From contig QPGO01000107.1 of NCBI GenBank assembly GCA_008632985.1, forward strand, positions 62,001-126,000: 64,000 nucleotides of DNA. The letters are read 5' to 3'. The translations under genes and the position numbers were made by a program. The notes beneath the pieces are model-generated. The model was not told where the DNA came from and made no database searches. It saw nothing but the letters and a program-made list of their open reading frames with translations. This DNA is from Psammoneis japonica (Eukaryota). The stretch's first letter is position 1. Each line of letters opens with the position of its first letter. Shown in pieces: positions 24,750 to 39,093 of the stretch.

Positions 24750-25700
24750 CTGTAGCCTCTTTCTTTCAAAAGTGCTTGTTGTGATGAACCTTGTGTGAGA
24801 GTTGGCGCAGCAATCAACAGCTCCACCACCGAAGCAGCACACATCGGCACAGTCGTGTGGAGGGGGAGACAGGGAGTTTGCTTGCCTGATGTGGCGGTGG
24901 AAATCAGCACATCATTGACCATTTTTTTGTGGGACATCAATGAGAACTGTGCATGATGCAGTCCCACCAAAACAAGTTGAAAGGGTGTGCTCTCTGGTCT
25001 TTCCCTCTCTACATTTTGCACTGGGCAGGGCTCTGGCGTGAGAGCTCATTTTTCACATCATGCAAAAAATGGGCCACACACACCATTTGTCTCATTGCTT
25101 GTTGTTTTTGCTGTGTTGAAACCAACAATTGCAACCTGTTGTCCCTTGATCCCAGTGTGCTGTGTGAGTGGCACACACCCAAAGGGAGTGCCCCCACGCT
25201 GGACAGCAGTGTGTGTCACTTTTGCTTTGCTGTGCGCTCATCCTGGTGCACAGAGGCACATGCTTGAAGTTGCTCATTTGTTGGGGGTGACTGTGTTCTT
25301 GCAGTCTCTGCATGGTGGCAATGCAAGGCAGGAAGATGGGACCTCACAAAGCAGTCTCCGATGAGATGGCACTCTCCCGAGTTGATGGAAGGGTGTGCAA
25401 AGGAAGCATGCAAAGAACAATGCAGGACAAAACAAGGGAACTTGTGACCTGGACATGAGGTTGAAACGGTGTCAGTGTCGATCACTTGAAACTGGAAAAT
25501 TTCAGACTGCAAAGCAGCCTTGGCACATGAATGACTCCATGACATCATGTGCCAAGGCACATGTTGAGAAACGACTTGGGTGAGTGCAATAAGGTCACTC
25601 GTGCAAAATGTGAGACTGGTGGGAACTGGGGCCGCATCGTTTTCCCACAGTGCAGATTAGAGTGAACGTATCGGGTGGCGCGGTTGTTTGGCCATGCAAC
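24750..25700. repeat. TA- and CG-depleted degenerate insertion of unknown family
   Basis: Composition only (CA/TG-rich, almost no TA); no recognisable protein. Confidence 0.45.
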
Positions 25701-25798
25701 AAAAAGTCACCTAATGTGTCATTGCAAAACACAATTCGAAATGGCTAAATAATCACACTCTAGAAGAATGGGGCGACCTTACGGATGGCACACATCAT

Positions 25799-27333
<1,535 letters not shown>

Positions 27334-27619
27334 GGTAATAAATCTCCTCTGAAAAGAACAAAAAACACACAACACAACTTGTGTGCTTTTTCGAGACCGT
27401 TGGAATTCTCGCTCGCAGCGCCTGCCGCGGTATTTTTGACAGTATCTTTCGACTAACCACGTTCGTTGATTTTCCTGTAAGTAGAAATTATATACAAAAA
27501 CCTCGTAGGCTCGGCATCAAAAAATGCGTCATTGCGGATCACGGAACGTTGAAAACACCGCTGTCAAAAAAAGTTGAAAATTCTGCGTTGAGTTCTTCTG
27601 TTTTCTTTTGTTGTCAACC

Positions 27620-28804
27620 ATGTGGCGTTCTGCAACCTTGTTGTGTCTTTGGCTTGGTAAAGCCATTGCTATTGATGTAACAAAAATGGAAGGGTATCAA
27701 CTCTTTCTGGATTGGATGATCGCCTTTAACAAGGAATACGACAGCGAGGAGGAAAGGACAAAGCGAGCTCTTGTATGGCTGGAGAATCACAACCACATTC
27801 AACAACACAACCAACAAAACCGACTCCATCCTATCTCTTGGGGCACAATCATTTCTCAGATCTCACCAATGATGAATTCCAGGAGCGGTTTGCATTAGGA
27901 AAATCCAGTCCCGGTATCGTTCGGTCAGAGGATAGAGCTGAATCATCAACGTAAAACATCCAATTTCCCCCGATGCCATGGCTCGCAGGTTGTCAGAACT
28001 TCCCGAAAGCGTGAATTGGGTAAAAGAGGGTGCTGTAACATTGTCAAATTTCAAGAATTTTGTGGCAGCTGTTGGGCTTTTAGTGCTATTGCCGCAATCG
28101 AAGGAGCTCGGTTTATGACACGGGCGAGCTTGTCAGCCTTTCCGAACAACAGCTTGTGGATTGTGACCCTTTAGACCGCGGCTGTCGTGGAGGACTGTGA
28201 GTTGTGTGGTGTGTGTGTGTGTTTTGTTTTGAACGTTTCAACATTTTGTAGCTCGGTTGATCTGACTTGCTCGCCGATGCTTTCGACCATTATCTTCTGC
28301 TTTCCTTTTTATCGTTTGACCAGGATGGACAATGCCTTTATGTATATCGAAAATTCAACGAACGGAATATGCTCCTTCGACGAATACCCTTACTCTTTAC
28401 ACAGGCATTGGTTTAAAGGTTGCGCTACCGAAACGAACCTTTGCGAGCCCGTGCCTCACACGCACGTGACTTCCTTCATTGATGTCAATCAAACCAACAT
28501 TGACTTGATGGAAGCGATTTCCATTCAACCAGTGGCGGTCGCCATTGAATCAAAGTCATTGGCGTTTCAGTTTTATCGTTCTGGAATTTTGGACAGCAAC
28601 AGTTGTGGAGTTGATACAGACCATGCCGTTCTTGCTGCTGGATATGGCACGGAAGACTCTACCGGTATTGACTATTGGTTGGTGAAGAATAGCTGGAGTA
28701 CCCTTTGGGGCGAACAAGGGTATGTCAGAATGGCTCGCAGCTCCCCTGATGCTGAAGGCACCTGCGGAATACTGTCTTGTGCTTCCAGACCAATTCTCGG
28801 CTAG
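27620..28804 (+). CDS. Second cathepsin L-like C1A protease, divergently transcribed; several frameshifts (assembly errors or pseudogene)
   Basis: Signal peptide, [42 protein letters not shown]; intron at ~28196-28323. Confidence 0.8.
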
Positions 28805-29356
28805 TAAACGTCGCGTCGTTCCCCTAGGGCCAGAGGACGACGCCCCTGGACATGGGCTTTCTAGTAAAGAGAAACGGCTTTCGGCGGCTGTGTTGTGATT
28901 TTGCGACCGCGCATCTGTCTGTGGTTCAATGAATCCAGAGTATGATGGAGCCCCTGCCTTTGTCTGAATTCGCGAGAATTTTCGGCATTGACACTCTCTC
29001 TAGAGAGTACGATCATTAGAAGCCAGTTACGCAGTACCATCTGAGTACGACATCATTACGGTGCCAAACTGGTGAAGTGCGTAATAATGACGTACAGTTT
29101 CTCACAAGGACCATCGAGCGTAGCAACGCCTTTGAGACCGCCCAACTTTGGGAGAGAAAGCCGTTATTGCCAGAAAAATCAAAAGACACCTGATAAAAGT
29201 CGTCGTGTACTTCCTGTGCCCCACCAAGTTGACGCCTTTCCATTTCGTTCGTATATAATTCATTGCAAGACCACGCTGCTTCCACGCACTAATGCCATTT
29301 ATTTTTTATCTCCCAACTTCGAGATAGATGCCTTTGAAATCAGAAAGAAAATGAAG

Positions 29357-31650
29357 TCACTCCAGAATGCCATCTTCTCGTTCTCGCTTATTTCGTCCTC
29401 GAACCAATTCTCGAAGCTTTGACTTGAGATCCTCTTTACGGATGTCAGGCACCGGATTATCCTTGTCATCATTAAAGACAACACTATGCTCAATGTAGGA
29501 ACCAATATTCTTGCTTCTCGTCCACAAATCGCTCCAGTCTCTATTGCAGGCAAGAGCGTCGGTAAAGTTTCCAACAACAATGAGCAAGTGCTGCGCTCTT
29601 GAAGACGCAACATTGATAAAGTGCGGATCAGCTGCACGAAGTGGCTTATGATCGACGCATGTTGATATTATGACAATCTTTCTTTCACTCCCTTGAAACT
29701 TGTCAACCGTATCAATGCTTGCTACCATTGCTGCTTGCTCCGGAGAAACTTCGTCCTGCGTGCCAAACAACACCTGACCTTTACTTGGACTACCTAGCGT
29801 GCTTCTGGATGGACTTCCCATGCCACCTGTGCTGCCCAGACGGCTTGCTCCTCTTCCAAACGTTTGGCCACTGTATGCATCTAAATCGTCTTCATCAACG
29901 TCACAAATAGTCATTCGTAGTCGATCCTTGTGTCTATTAAAAGGCGTAAGGATGCAGACATCGTTCGCAGACAACGAACTTTCGCCTAGCGCCGGTATGA
30001 CATTGTTGAACTCGGAGCTGAACAAAAAGTCGTAAATCTCTTGGCACACAGCGGCTTCTGCGTCATTCTCATAGGACTGATGTAACAGGCTAAACCTACA
30101 TTTTGTGCCAGTAAGGTTCACAACAAGTAGCGGTTTGAGCTTCAAATTTTCTTTTGGTCCCCGGCTTGCCACATTTGGACCATCGATCAGTCGGTTGTTG
30201 TAGTACAGGTTGCTTACAATCTGACGAAGCAGCGGCGCCATACGAAACTGCTGTTCCAACATGACATACGATGCCCCGGAAGTCGTCTCGTCTGCCGCTT
30301 CACCGCTACCCATCAAGCGTTCCATTGTGGACTGTCCATAGTTCTGTCTCCGAAGGGAATCCGGGACGTACGGTTGGATTTGCTTCGGGTCACCGACCAA
30401 GACAATCTTCTTCAGTGTCGGACAACGCGCTAGAACAATGAATAATCGCGAATCCTCAATCTGGGCAGCCTCGTCCAGCACAAGTGTCTCAAAGTTCCAG
30501 TACATGTCAGCATCAGACGTTGCTCGTGCCTTTTCTTTTGAGGCAAAATGAATCGTTGTAAATACCACCTGCTTGGAACGAATCTGTTCTTGTACGTTGG
30601 CATCAGCAGTGTTGGAGTTTGACCCGGGCAAGTTCCCGTACTGGTCAATTGCACGGGCGAGTCCATCGCCTTCGGCGTACAGTCCCAGATCAACAATTTC
30701 GTCGCTAACAGAAGATTTAAACCCACAACGGATGATCCGTCCTTGCAGCTTATCGATCTTTGTACACTTGAGCATAAGCGCATCGACTGCTACATTGGAA
30801 TTGCACACAAGGAGAACCTTCTCTTTTCGCTGCACAACCTGAGGGAGTATTCCGTGACAGATGGTATGCGATTTCCCCGTCCTGGCGGTCCCTGTATGAG
30901 CACAACGCCCTTTGACGTCAGCGACTCTAGTGCCAGTGCACGCTGTTGCTGAGGGTTGAATTGGCTAGATCAAGAGCATCTGTACTACCAGTTTTTGCGT
31001 GGATCCATTGATCGAGCTCTTCGTCGGAGCGGATGTCCTTGTCATTGATGCGTCCCTCCAGGAGCTTTTGGTGACATAAGAATCTCTCAGCGCATCTTCT
31101 GCCTGTACTAGAGCTGCAATAGCCCGAAGATGCGTCTTGAGCATGGATGTGTTTTTCAGGACGCGCATGTATATTAGTGTGCCCGAATGCACATTGCGCA
31201 GCCGTTCACAATCCTTCCCAAGCGCAAAGTGGGCACCATCTTTCTTGCGCATATACTTTGTGTACGCCAGCGTCAAGTTTTCCATGGAAAGGCCATCGGA
31301 TCCTTCCCTTTGTAGGATCACAACGTAGTTCGTGAACTGCCCCCGTGGAGGCTGTTTGTGCATGACACTCAAATCATGTAGATGCAGCTGCTTTGAATCC
31401 CCTGCTCCGTGCGGAAGAGGAAAATGGATGTGTTTTTCAGTCTCTTCGGGAGGTTGCTGTTGCGTTTGACTTTTAGGTGTATCTCTGAGCGCAACACCTC
31501 TAGCTGAACCTTCAACTCCGTTTCAACGAAGCTTGACACCGAGTCGAAACACCGTTTGAAGTCTGGCAACTGGAAGGGCTTGTCGAGATCGTTCAGGGCT
31601 AGCTCTGACCATGTCAATCAATGAGCTCGTCCTCTGGCAAGCTTTTGATA
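29357..31650 (-). CDS. Superfamily 1 Upf1/DNA2/senataxin-like helicase (frameshifted in the 5' half; start approximate)
   Basis: QGPPG(T)GKS, SNVAVD, LDEAAQ, LVGDPKQ, LEQQFRM, LTPF, TVDKFQGSE, INVASSRA. Confidence 0.85.
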
Positions 31651-31774
31651 TTTTCACTCGCCAGATTTGGCGGAAACGGTCTCGTTGGAGTTTCATCCGT
31701 CATCGTCGCTCGTCAATTTTTGTCGTTTTGGTGAATTAGTTTTTGGGTGACAAAGCACATCCACCCAAACTTTA

Positions 31775-32720
31775 TCAAGAGCTTTGTTGGATGCTGGCTT
31801 GTCTTGTCCTTCGTTGGCACAACGGAGTGCTGGTCTCTTCTTGTGGGTGAAGCTGCACCACCACCACATCGTGGAGTCGCAAGGTGGCACACAACGGCGA
31901 AAATTGCACCCTCTTGGTTGATCTGACAAGACAAAAGAATGACAATTGATGTGGCACCCCAGTCATTTGACAAAAGTGGAGATTGCCCACATCTGTAAAA
32001 AAAATTCATGCTGGGGGGCAAGAAAACAACAATCAGAGCCATCTGGCAGTGAAAGAAAGGTCTTGGTGCAACAATGGTGGTGGCAGAGCACCACCTTCAG
32101 AGACAATGACTGCACTCATCCAGCCCCTCCAAGGGGTGTCATGTTGCCCAGCGCACCACTTGGACTCGGGGCTCCGGCTGCAGGTTGTGGCCTGGGTGGT
32201 CATGTGAGCTGAGGATGTGGGGAACAACACATGTGCCGCACCACATGCATGCATTGTGTGAGTGGGGGCAAGTTGAAATGCTCTCTGACTTGACTCACAG
32301 AGGAAAGCTGACAGGTGTGAGTGGAAGTGTCCTTCACAACATGCTGGCATTGGCAATGAAGCCCAGCACGGCACTGTGCTCAATTGCCAGCCTTTTTCAC
32401 AACAAAACAGCTCAAAATGCAGCCACAGCCATGGAGAAGCTCACAAGGTTGGCGTTGACAAGCATCGCAGGTCCAAGCAAACATCTTCATTTTCTTTCAT
32501 CCACCAACCCAGCTGCAGCACTGTCAGCTCATTTGACCTTGACCCCCCCACTCCACAATTGTGCTTGCCAGTGATCTGCAGGGTGACAAGGAAGTGGTCA
32601 TGTGCTCTTGAACAGCAGCAAACTGATGGCTGTTGCAAGGTCTTGGTGTGAACAAGAACCAGACCTTGTCTTTCACAAGCACCTGGGACATTGCTTTGCA
32701 CTGGGAACAAGCATGTGGCT
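31775..32720 (+). pseudogene. Degenerate partial copy of exon 1 of the PGI-like gene (51117-52012)
   Basis: Colinear matches such as ttgaaatgctctctgact, gaggaaagctga, ctgcaggttgtggcctgg, caagaaccagacc/caagagaccagacc, ctttcacaagca, tttgcactgggaacaag. Confidence 0.9.
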
Positions 32721-35700
32721 TCTGGCTGTGCACCAGTCAGAGGGGAACTGCATGTGGTCAATTGTCCTCAACATGGCCACACATCAAGGCATGGGCATGC
32801 CTGTGTGGTGGTTGGCTGAAGGACATCCCAGCACATTTTTTGCCCAAAGCACCCCTCACAGGCATGGGCTCAGATTCAAACCACAACAAGCTGTGCCCAT
32901 TTCCCCTTTACTTGCACCAGAACCTGAATTTTGGACCTTGGTTGTCCTCCCCAGGTCACCCTCTGCCAACAAGATGGTTCTTGCAAACAGGGGGCAGTGC
33001 CAGAAAAACATGGCTGGGTCACAGGCTTGTTGAGCAGCTGAGCATGCAAAATCATGCATGCAGTACAAAGTGTCTGGACAACTTCACTTGTTTCTCCAAC
33101 AACAAACTGTGAGCAGCCTGTGCTGCCCAGAAGCTGGGCTCCTGTGTTCAAGCTTTTCTGTCAGGGTTTGAAAAGACATCTTTTTCTTTCAGGCTTTCTT
33201 CAGGTTCAACAGAGATCTGTCCATCAGTGCTTGAGTTTCTATTTGCATGCATCTGCCTTTTTCTTGCTGTGGGGTCTTTTGCTTTCAGAGCAGAGCAGCA
33301 CATGAGAAATTCCCCCCCACTCTTCATGTTTTTTTTTGTCTTTGCAGTGCCCGTCAACTTTTTTTTTTTCAACTTGTCCCACCAGGTGGGTTGTCACACA
33401 TTCTTCACCACACTCACTCTCTTCATGGACATGCTTTTCCATGTCAGCTTTACCAAGAAATCCACAAACAACAGCGCCTCTTGTCTGCCAAGTGAGTTTT
33501 GACAATGGCAGCAGCTGTCATTGTTGCTGGCAATGTCAGCCCCTCTCATTGATGCAGTTTTGAGTGGGCAGCCATGGCACATCCTGGTCATTGTGTCCCA
33601 TGACACAGCTGGCAAGATGGGCACAATTTGCTCCATTGTCAGCAACAAAAATTGAAGAGGAAGAAAAACAACAACTCCTTGCTGCTGTCCAAACAGGAGA
33701 TGAGTCTCTGTGCCTGACCATTGCAGGAGCCAAAAGAGATGTGCAGTGTGTCACTTCCGCTGCTGTTGTCATTGTTGAGAGCCATGTGGCTTTAGAGCAA
33801 ACTGCATCATGTGCGTGGTCATGCATGAAACTGAGAGCACACACAGCTGTGTGTGACAAACTAAAACCTTGCACAAATCCCTCTCAATGAGGATTTGCTG
33901 CTTCTTGTCTCAGCTGTCCACTTGCAACCCCTGCGTGTCTTTCCATGCACACTCTCTTCCTGATGTCGCCCTTCTCAGATGGTGTTTTGCTGGGGCCCCA
34001 AAAACCCTTTTGGTCACTTCTGCCAATGGCACACCCTCATTTCAGCATGACATGAAATGATGATTTTCAGTGGAAAATGACCGGCATCAAAGCCTCGTGG
34101 CTCGCATGCTTTTTGTCCCATTTTTGGACATTTTTTGCAGATTCAGCGCATTTTCTGCACAGGATCAAGTGCAAATTCTGCATGCATTGGAAATGCCCAC
34201 TGACAACCAAGTCATCTTCTTTGTGAACTGCTTCCATCTGTGCTCACCAGCCCTCAACAATTTCTTCTTCCCCTGCTGGCCGCTCAAGTTCTTCACCTCA
34301 TGTGGTGGTGAAAGCACTGCCCCTCCCGCAGCTGTGGTGCTTGCAAGTGTTTGTTTGGACAAGCCATTGGCATCACTTGACAATCATCTAATTGCTGCAT
34401 GGTTTGGCATTTCTGCACAAGACTTGACATCAATTCCATGTGAGAATGATGTTTCTTTGGGCGCCCTTGTTGTCACCTCACCGAAGCTCCCTGCTTTGGC
34501 ATGCCTCCTCTGCAACAAGTCCTGAACATCCCTTCTTCTTTGCATTCATTCTGGTGTGTGCAAATGTGAAACTCAGTCAGCCATTTTTGTTGAAGACAAG
34601 ACCCACCCTTGGAAGCAAGGTTTTTCTCCCAGAGTTTGCATCAATTTTGAATCCTCTTCTCATCATGATCATCCTTTGCTGTGGCAGTTTGGGTGCTTTG
34701 CATCCTCTCCAAAAGAAAGCAACAACTTCATTCTTGCACAGTTTCATTTCAACCTCTGGTGCACATGGCTGCAAAACAGTGTGCTGGCCAGCTGATCCTG
34801 TTAGCTTCTCTCTGCTGGTGCTGCACCCCCAGAGTGTGGGGTGCACTGGAAGCATGGATTGGCCAGAGCAGATGTTTCTGGGCAAAGCACTTAAAACCAG
34901 GCTTGGGTTTTTTCATCATGAGGATTTACTTGAATGAAGTCTTCCCTGTGCCAATGAGCAGCTCTCCATGCTTCACGTTCTCTCTAGCAACATTCACAAG
35001 TGAGTCAGTCACGAGTCTGTGTGAGGTCTTTCAGGGCACCTCAAGCTCTGGAATTCATTCATCAGGAATCCCAAAGATTCCCTGCCTCTGCCTTCGCTGT
35101 CTGCACTTGCTCTGATGACATGGCACAGTGGAGGCATCTCTCATCTGCTGATGCAACACATGGAGGTTGTCTGTCACATGTGCAGTGCTCACATCCATGT
35201 GCAGACTCATGTTGTTGCCATGATGAAAACAGTCGCCAGCAGGTGAAGCAATTGGGACATGGGGCTGGGCTTGGAATCACCAGTGCCAAGTGGTTGGTTC
35301 CCTTTTTACTGTGCATGGGGGAAGGAGTGGTGGGTTTTTGATTTTCATTGTTGGTGTCTCCTGGGGAATGTCTCTGACAGCACCATGGTGTCTCCCATCC
35401 TGCCAGACAATGAGGGATCCCTTGGGCTGGCCTCGTTCCCGCTCGTCTTGTCTGTCATCCATCCTTCAACCCATTTCACTTCTGCATTCACACGGTGACT
35501 CTTGGTCCAGTCAAGGAGGTCCTCTCCTTGCTGGGCTTGGAGTCTTGGCAGCAAGAATCCCATGGATTCCCTGCCTCCGCCTCAGCTGTCTGCACTCCAA
35601 TGACATGGCACAGTGGAAGCGTCTCTCATCTGTTGATGCAACACATGGAGGTTGTCTGTCACATGTGCAGTGCTCACATGTCTGTGTGCAGACTCATGTT

Positions 35701-36018
35701 GTTGCCACAATGAAAACAGTTGCTAGCAGGTGAAGCAATTGGGACATGGGACCAGGCTTGGAATTGCCGGTGCCAAGCAATTGGTTCCCTTTTTCACTGT
35801 GTGCAGACCATGCTGCCAACGCGGAATGCTGCAAGCATTGCAAAAGCACTCGTGTCATTGGAGGAAGAGCCAACCCGAAAAAAATGTGCATGTGTTGTCT
35901 TCAGACATGAGGGAGAAACAAATGTTCCTCCTGAACATGTGTGTTTGCACGTGTGTCAGGATCAAATTATAAAATTCAAAATTGAAATTTTGGATGCAAT
36001 GGGACAACAGTGGGTGAA

Positions 36019-37300
36019 TCACATTGCGCAGAGAGGACATGTGGGAAGTGGACACATCCAATCAGCAAGAAAGAAATTAATCAAAGAGAATGGCACAGGT
36101 GCCGCCTTGTCAAGGGCTTGACAATGGGCCTGAGAAAGGCCCAAGCAGTTGCGGAGACAGGCTGCAAAGGCATCAGATTGCCATCTGAGCAGCCATTTAA
36201 TCTGCTCGGCATTGATGTTCATCTCATGAAGAATGTCACAGGCTCCAACATGGAGGGAGTGAGCCAACCATTTGCTGCAAGCTTTTTCATCCTTCACCAG
36301 GTTGAGGTGGCACACCTCTGTGGCAATTTGGTGCATGTGGGCCTTGATTTTCTCACAAGTGACAAGATGGCGGTGCTCACTCTCCTTTGGATCAAAGCAG
36401 AGAGCAAGGGGGCAAACCTTGTTGTCTTTGCCGCACACCCGCATGGAGCATTGGATTGCATGGAGCATCGGCTTTGCCAAGTTGTGAGCACCCATGAGAT
36501 TCAAGGCAAACTGGCATTCCTTGCCATTCTGCATGTTCTTCTGGGCTCATGCTCTTGACATCCTCTTGCTTGGGAACAAGACAACCAGCCCCGGTGTGTC
36601 GGTGCTTGTCTTTGGTGTCGCAGCGCACGTCATCAAGGCAGAATGCACAGGTCTCCTCAAAGATGTTTAGCCTGGGGTTCTCCAGGTCTGAGTGCTCATT
36701 GGACTGCTCCCATTCAACACTTTGCAGGCTGGCCATTAGACTGATCTCAAACCAGTCAGCAACAACCACCTTGATTGCATCCGGGTTGGTTTCTTGCACA
36801 GCATCTGCTGTCAAACGCACACGTTGTTGCATGAGCAACGTGTGTGACTTGCATCAGTCCGGGACCTTCTCATGCCATTGGAGCTCATCAAAAACTCCCT
36901 GGAGGATCCACCCCATCTCAGTGTCCACACTGTCATCCTTGCGGACATCCCAATGATTGGAACCAAACAGAGACACGAACGTGGAAATGTCGTGGATGTG
37001 TTCTTTGATGGCAGCTGAAGAGATGTTTTTACAGTGGACGGTGGCACCGGTTGCTGGATGCAATGCATGCATGGCTGGCACCAGTTGGCAGCACTTCAGG
37101 TCCTTGCCAACCACAGTCATTTCTGGATCTCCTGGGTGCCACTTCACACTCTTGCAAAAGTGGACAAAATGGACTCGGTGGGAACAAGCTGTCCCAAGTC
37201 ACTTGGGATCTGGGGTGCCATTCTGTGCTTGGCAGACAGCTGTGAGGAGAGGAGCTGCAGCAGTTCTTGACTCGGCTGGAAATGATCCCAGGTCTTCAGA
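36019..37300 (-). pseudogene. Tyrosine recombinase of the retroelement (degenerate)
   Basis: CPL..., HSLHVGAC..L......EQIKWLLRWQSDAFAACLR matches the DIRS YR HSLR.G...RW.S..F..YLR pattern. Confidence 0.8.
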
Positions 37301-37821
37301 AAGGGACACTTCCAAAACAGCTGTTCAGAATGGGCACAATGCAAGATCAAGGCAAAAACAGAAGGCAATGAAATGTCATCAGCAACAAAATTTTCATCGC
37401 CAAAGACATGATCGCCATTGAAGTTGGCACGCACACAGTGGAGCAATTCACAGAAAACCCAGACAAATTGTTGCCCCTGTGGTGACTTTGACATTGCTTT
37501 GTTGGACCTGTCAACCAATGCCACATTGTCCAAGCAACTCCTGATGACCAGGTGCAGTGGGACAAAGCCACCCCAGAAGAACTCATGAGCCCATTCTTGG
37601 GTCACAGTCTCCATGTGGACAATTGTTTCTGCCAGCTTGAGCATGATGACAACAAACTCTGCTGCACTGATGTGGACATGTTCTGGCTTGGAGGCCTTCC
37701 TCAGCTAAAGCCCTTTTGTGATGTTTGGTCCCCAGAGAAATGCAAACCAAAATTGGAGTTCAGCACAGCAGGCACCTCTGCCCACGTTGCTGATGTCTCC
37801 AATTGCTTGGCAATGGGGTGC

Positions 37822-39093
37822 TCATGATGTGACACACCCAATCAGCAATGTCCATGGTTCTGGCATGGACTCAACGCAGGATGCTTTTTCTTTGTCACAT
37901 GTCATCGGGATCTCGATCTTCAGCTTGTGGAGGAGCTGGGCTTCGGTGCGCATGAGTGAGCTTGGTGGCCCATTCTGGAGGTGACTCGGCAGTTGGGTTT
38001 CAAAATTTAATTTGAAACTTTGTTGCTCTATGATGCATTTGACAATGGCGCATTGGACAACCATGGCCCAGCGCACAGAAATCTTGAGTGCAAAAAAATT
38101 TGGCCAAGCCCATGGACAATGCCATGTGTGGAATTTATGTTGGCCATTCAGGTTTGATGCATCCAAAAGTGTGCAGCATTGCTTGTCGAGCCAATCTTGC
38201 AGAATTTCAAGGAACTGTTCCCATTTGCACAGGAGCATTCCCACCAACAGCGCTCCAGAGCTGAAGCACCTTCCCAGGGCTTGCCACAGATTTGAGCACA
38301 GTGCATCCAGTTTCTCTTTGCCAAGGAAATCCGGAGTTTCATCGCGTGGGAAACCCAACATGACCCACACTGCCAAGGCACTCACAGCAACGGTTGGATT
38401 CATCAAGTTGCGCATGTCACCATGGAAATTGTTGTCAACGTGGCGCTTGCATGTTGGTGGAAGGCGGTTTCCATCAAGGGACATGCCTGGATTGATGGCA
38501 TCTGCCTCCGCAGGACAGAACAATGCTGCCTCTTCAGCTGCAGGAGGTTTTGCAAATGATGTCATCAGCAGATGCTGCTGGGCAAGTTCCACCACATTGG
38601 GGACCAGCCAGAAGTGTTGAGCAAGGCATTGTTTTGCATTGGCAACAGCATCCCAGTTGCTGGGGTTGGTCTTGTCACCAAAGGTGCAACCTGTCTTGAG
38701 GACGCCAAGTCTGCCCTGGATGCCAGTGTGCATCCCGATGAGGTTTGGGTGGTGCTTCATGTTGCAGAAGGCGCCACTCACATCATCATTGCCAAGGTGG
38801 ATTTCCTTGCATGGGTGGGACATTCGCGTGTTCCAAAACCACACCACAAAGTCCACTTCTGCCAATGGGAACATGATCGGTGGTTCATGCTTCAGGTCCA
38901 GCACATCATCAATTGCCATGCCACCCGGAGTTGCTTGCATTGCACTGTCAAAGACAGTGCATGGGCTCTTGCATTTCTTGTCAAGATCCACCATCCCCCG
39001 AGGGGTGAGGCGGCAATTCAACAAGCATGGAATCAGACGCTGATTGAAAAGCAGTGTGAAACCCTCGCAATTGTTTTTAATGACTGCCACCAA
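37822..39093 (-). pseudogene. DIRS-order reverse transcriptase (degenerate)
   Basis: HLGNDDVSGAF, GCTFGDKTNPSNW, RHVDNNF. Confidence 0.75.

Noticed and set aside
24747..25652. CACTA-like termini (cactgt...acagtg) around the depleted island
   Set aside because: Only a 6-bp match and no target-site duplication.
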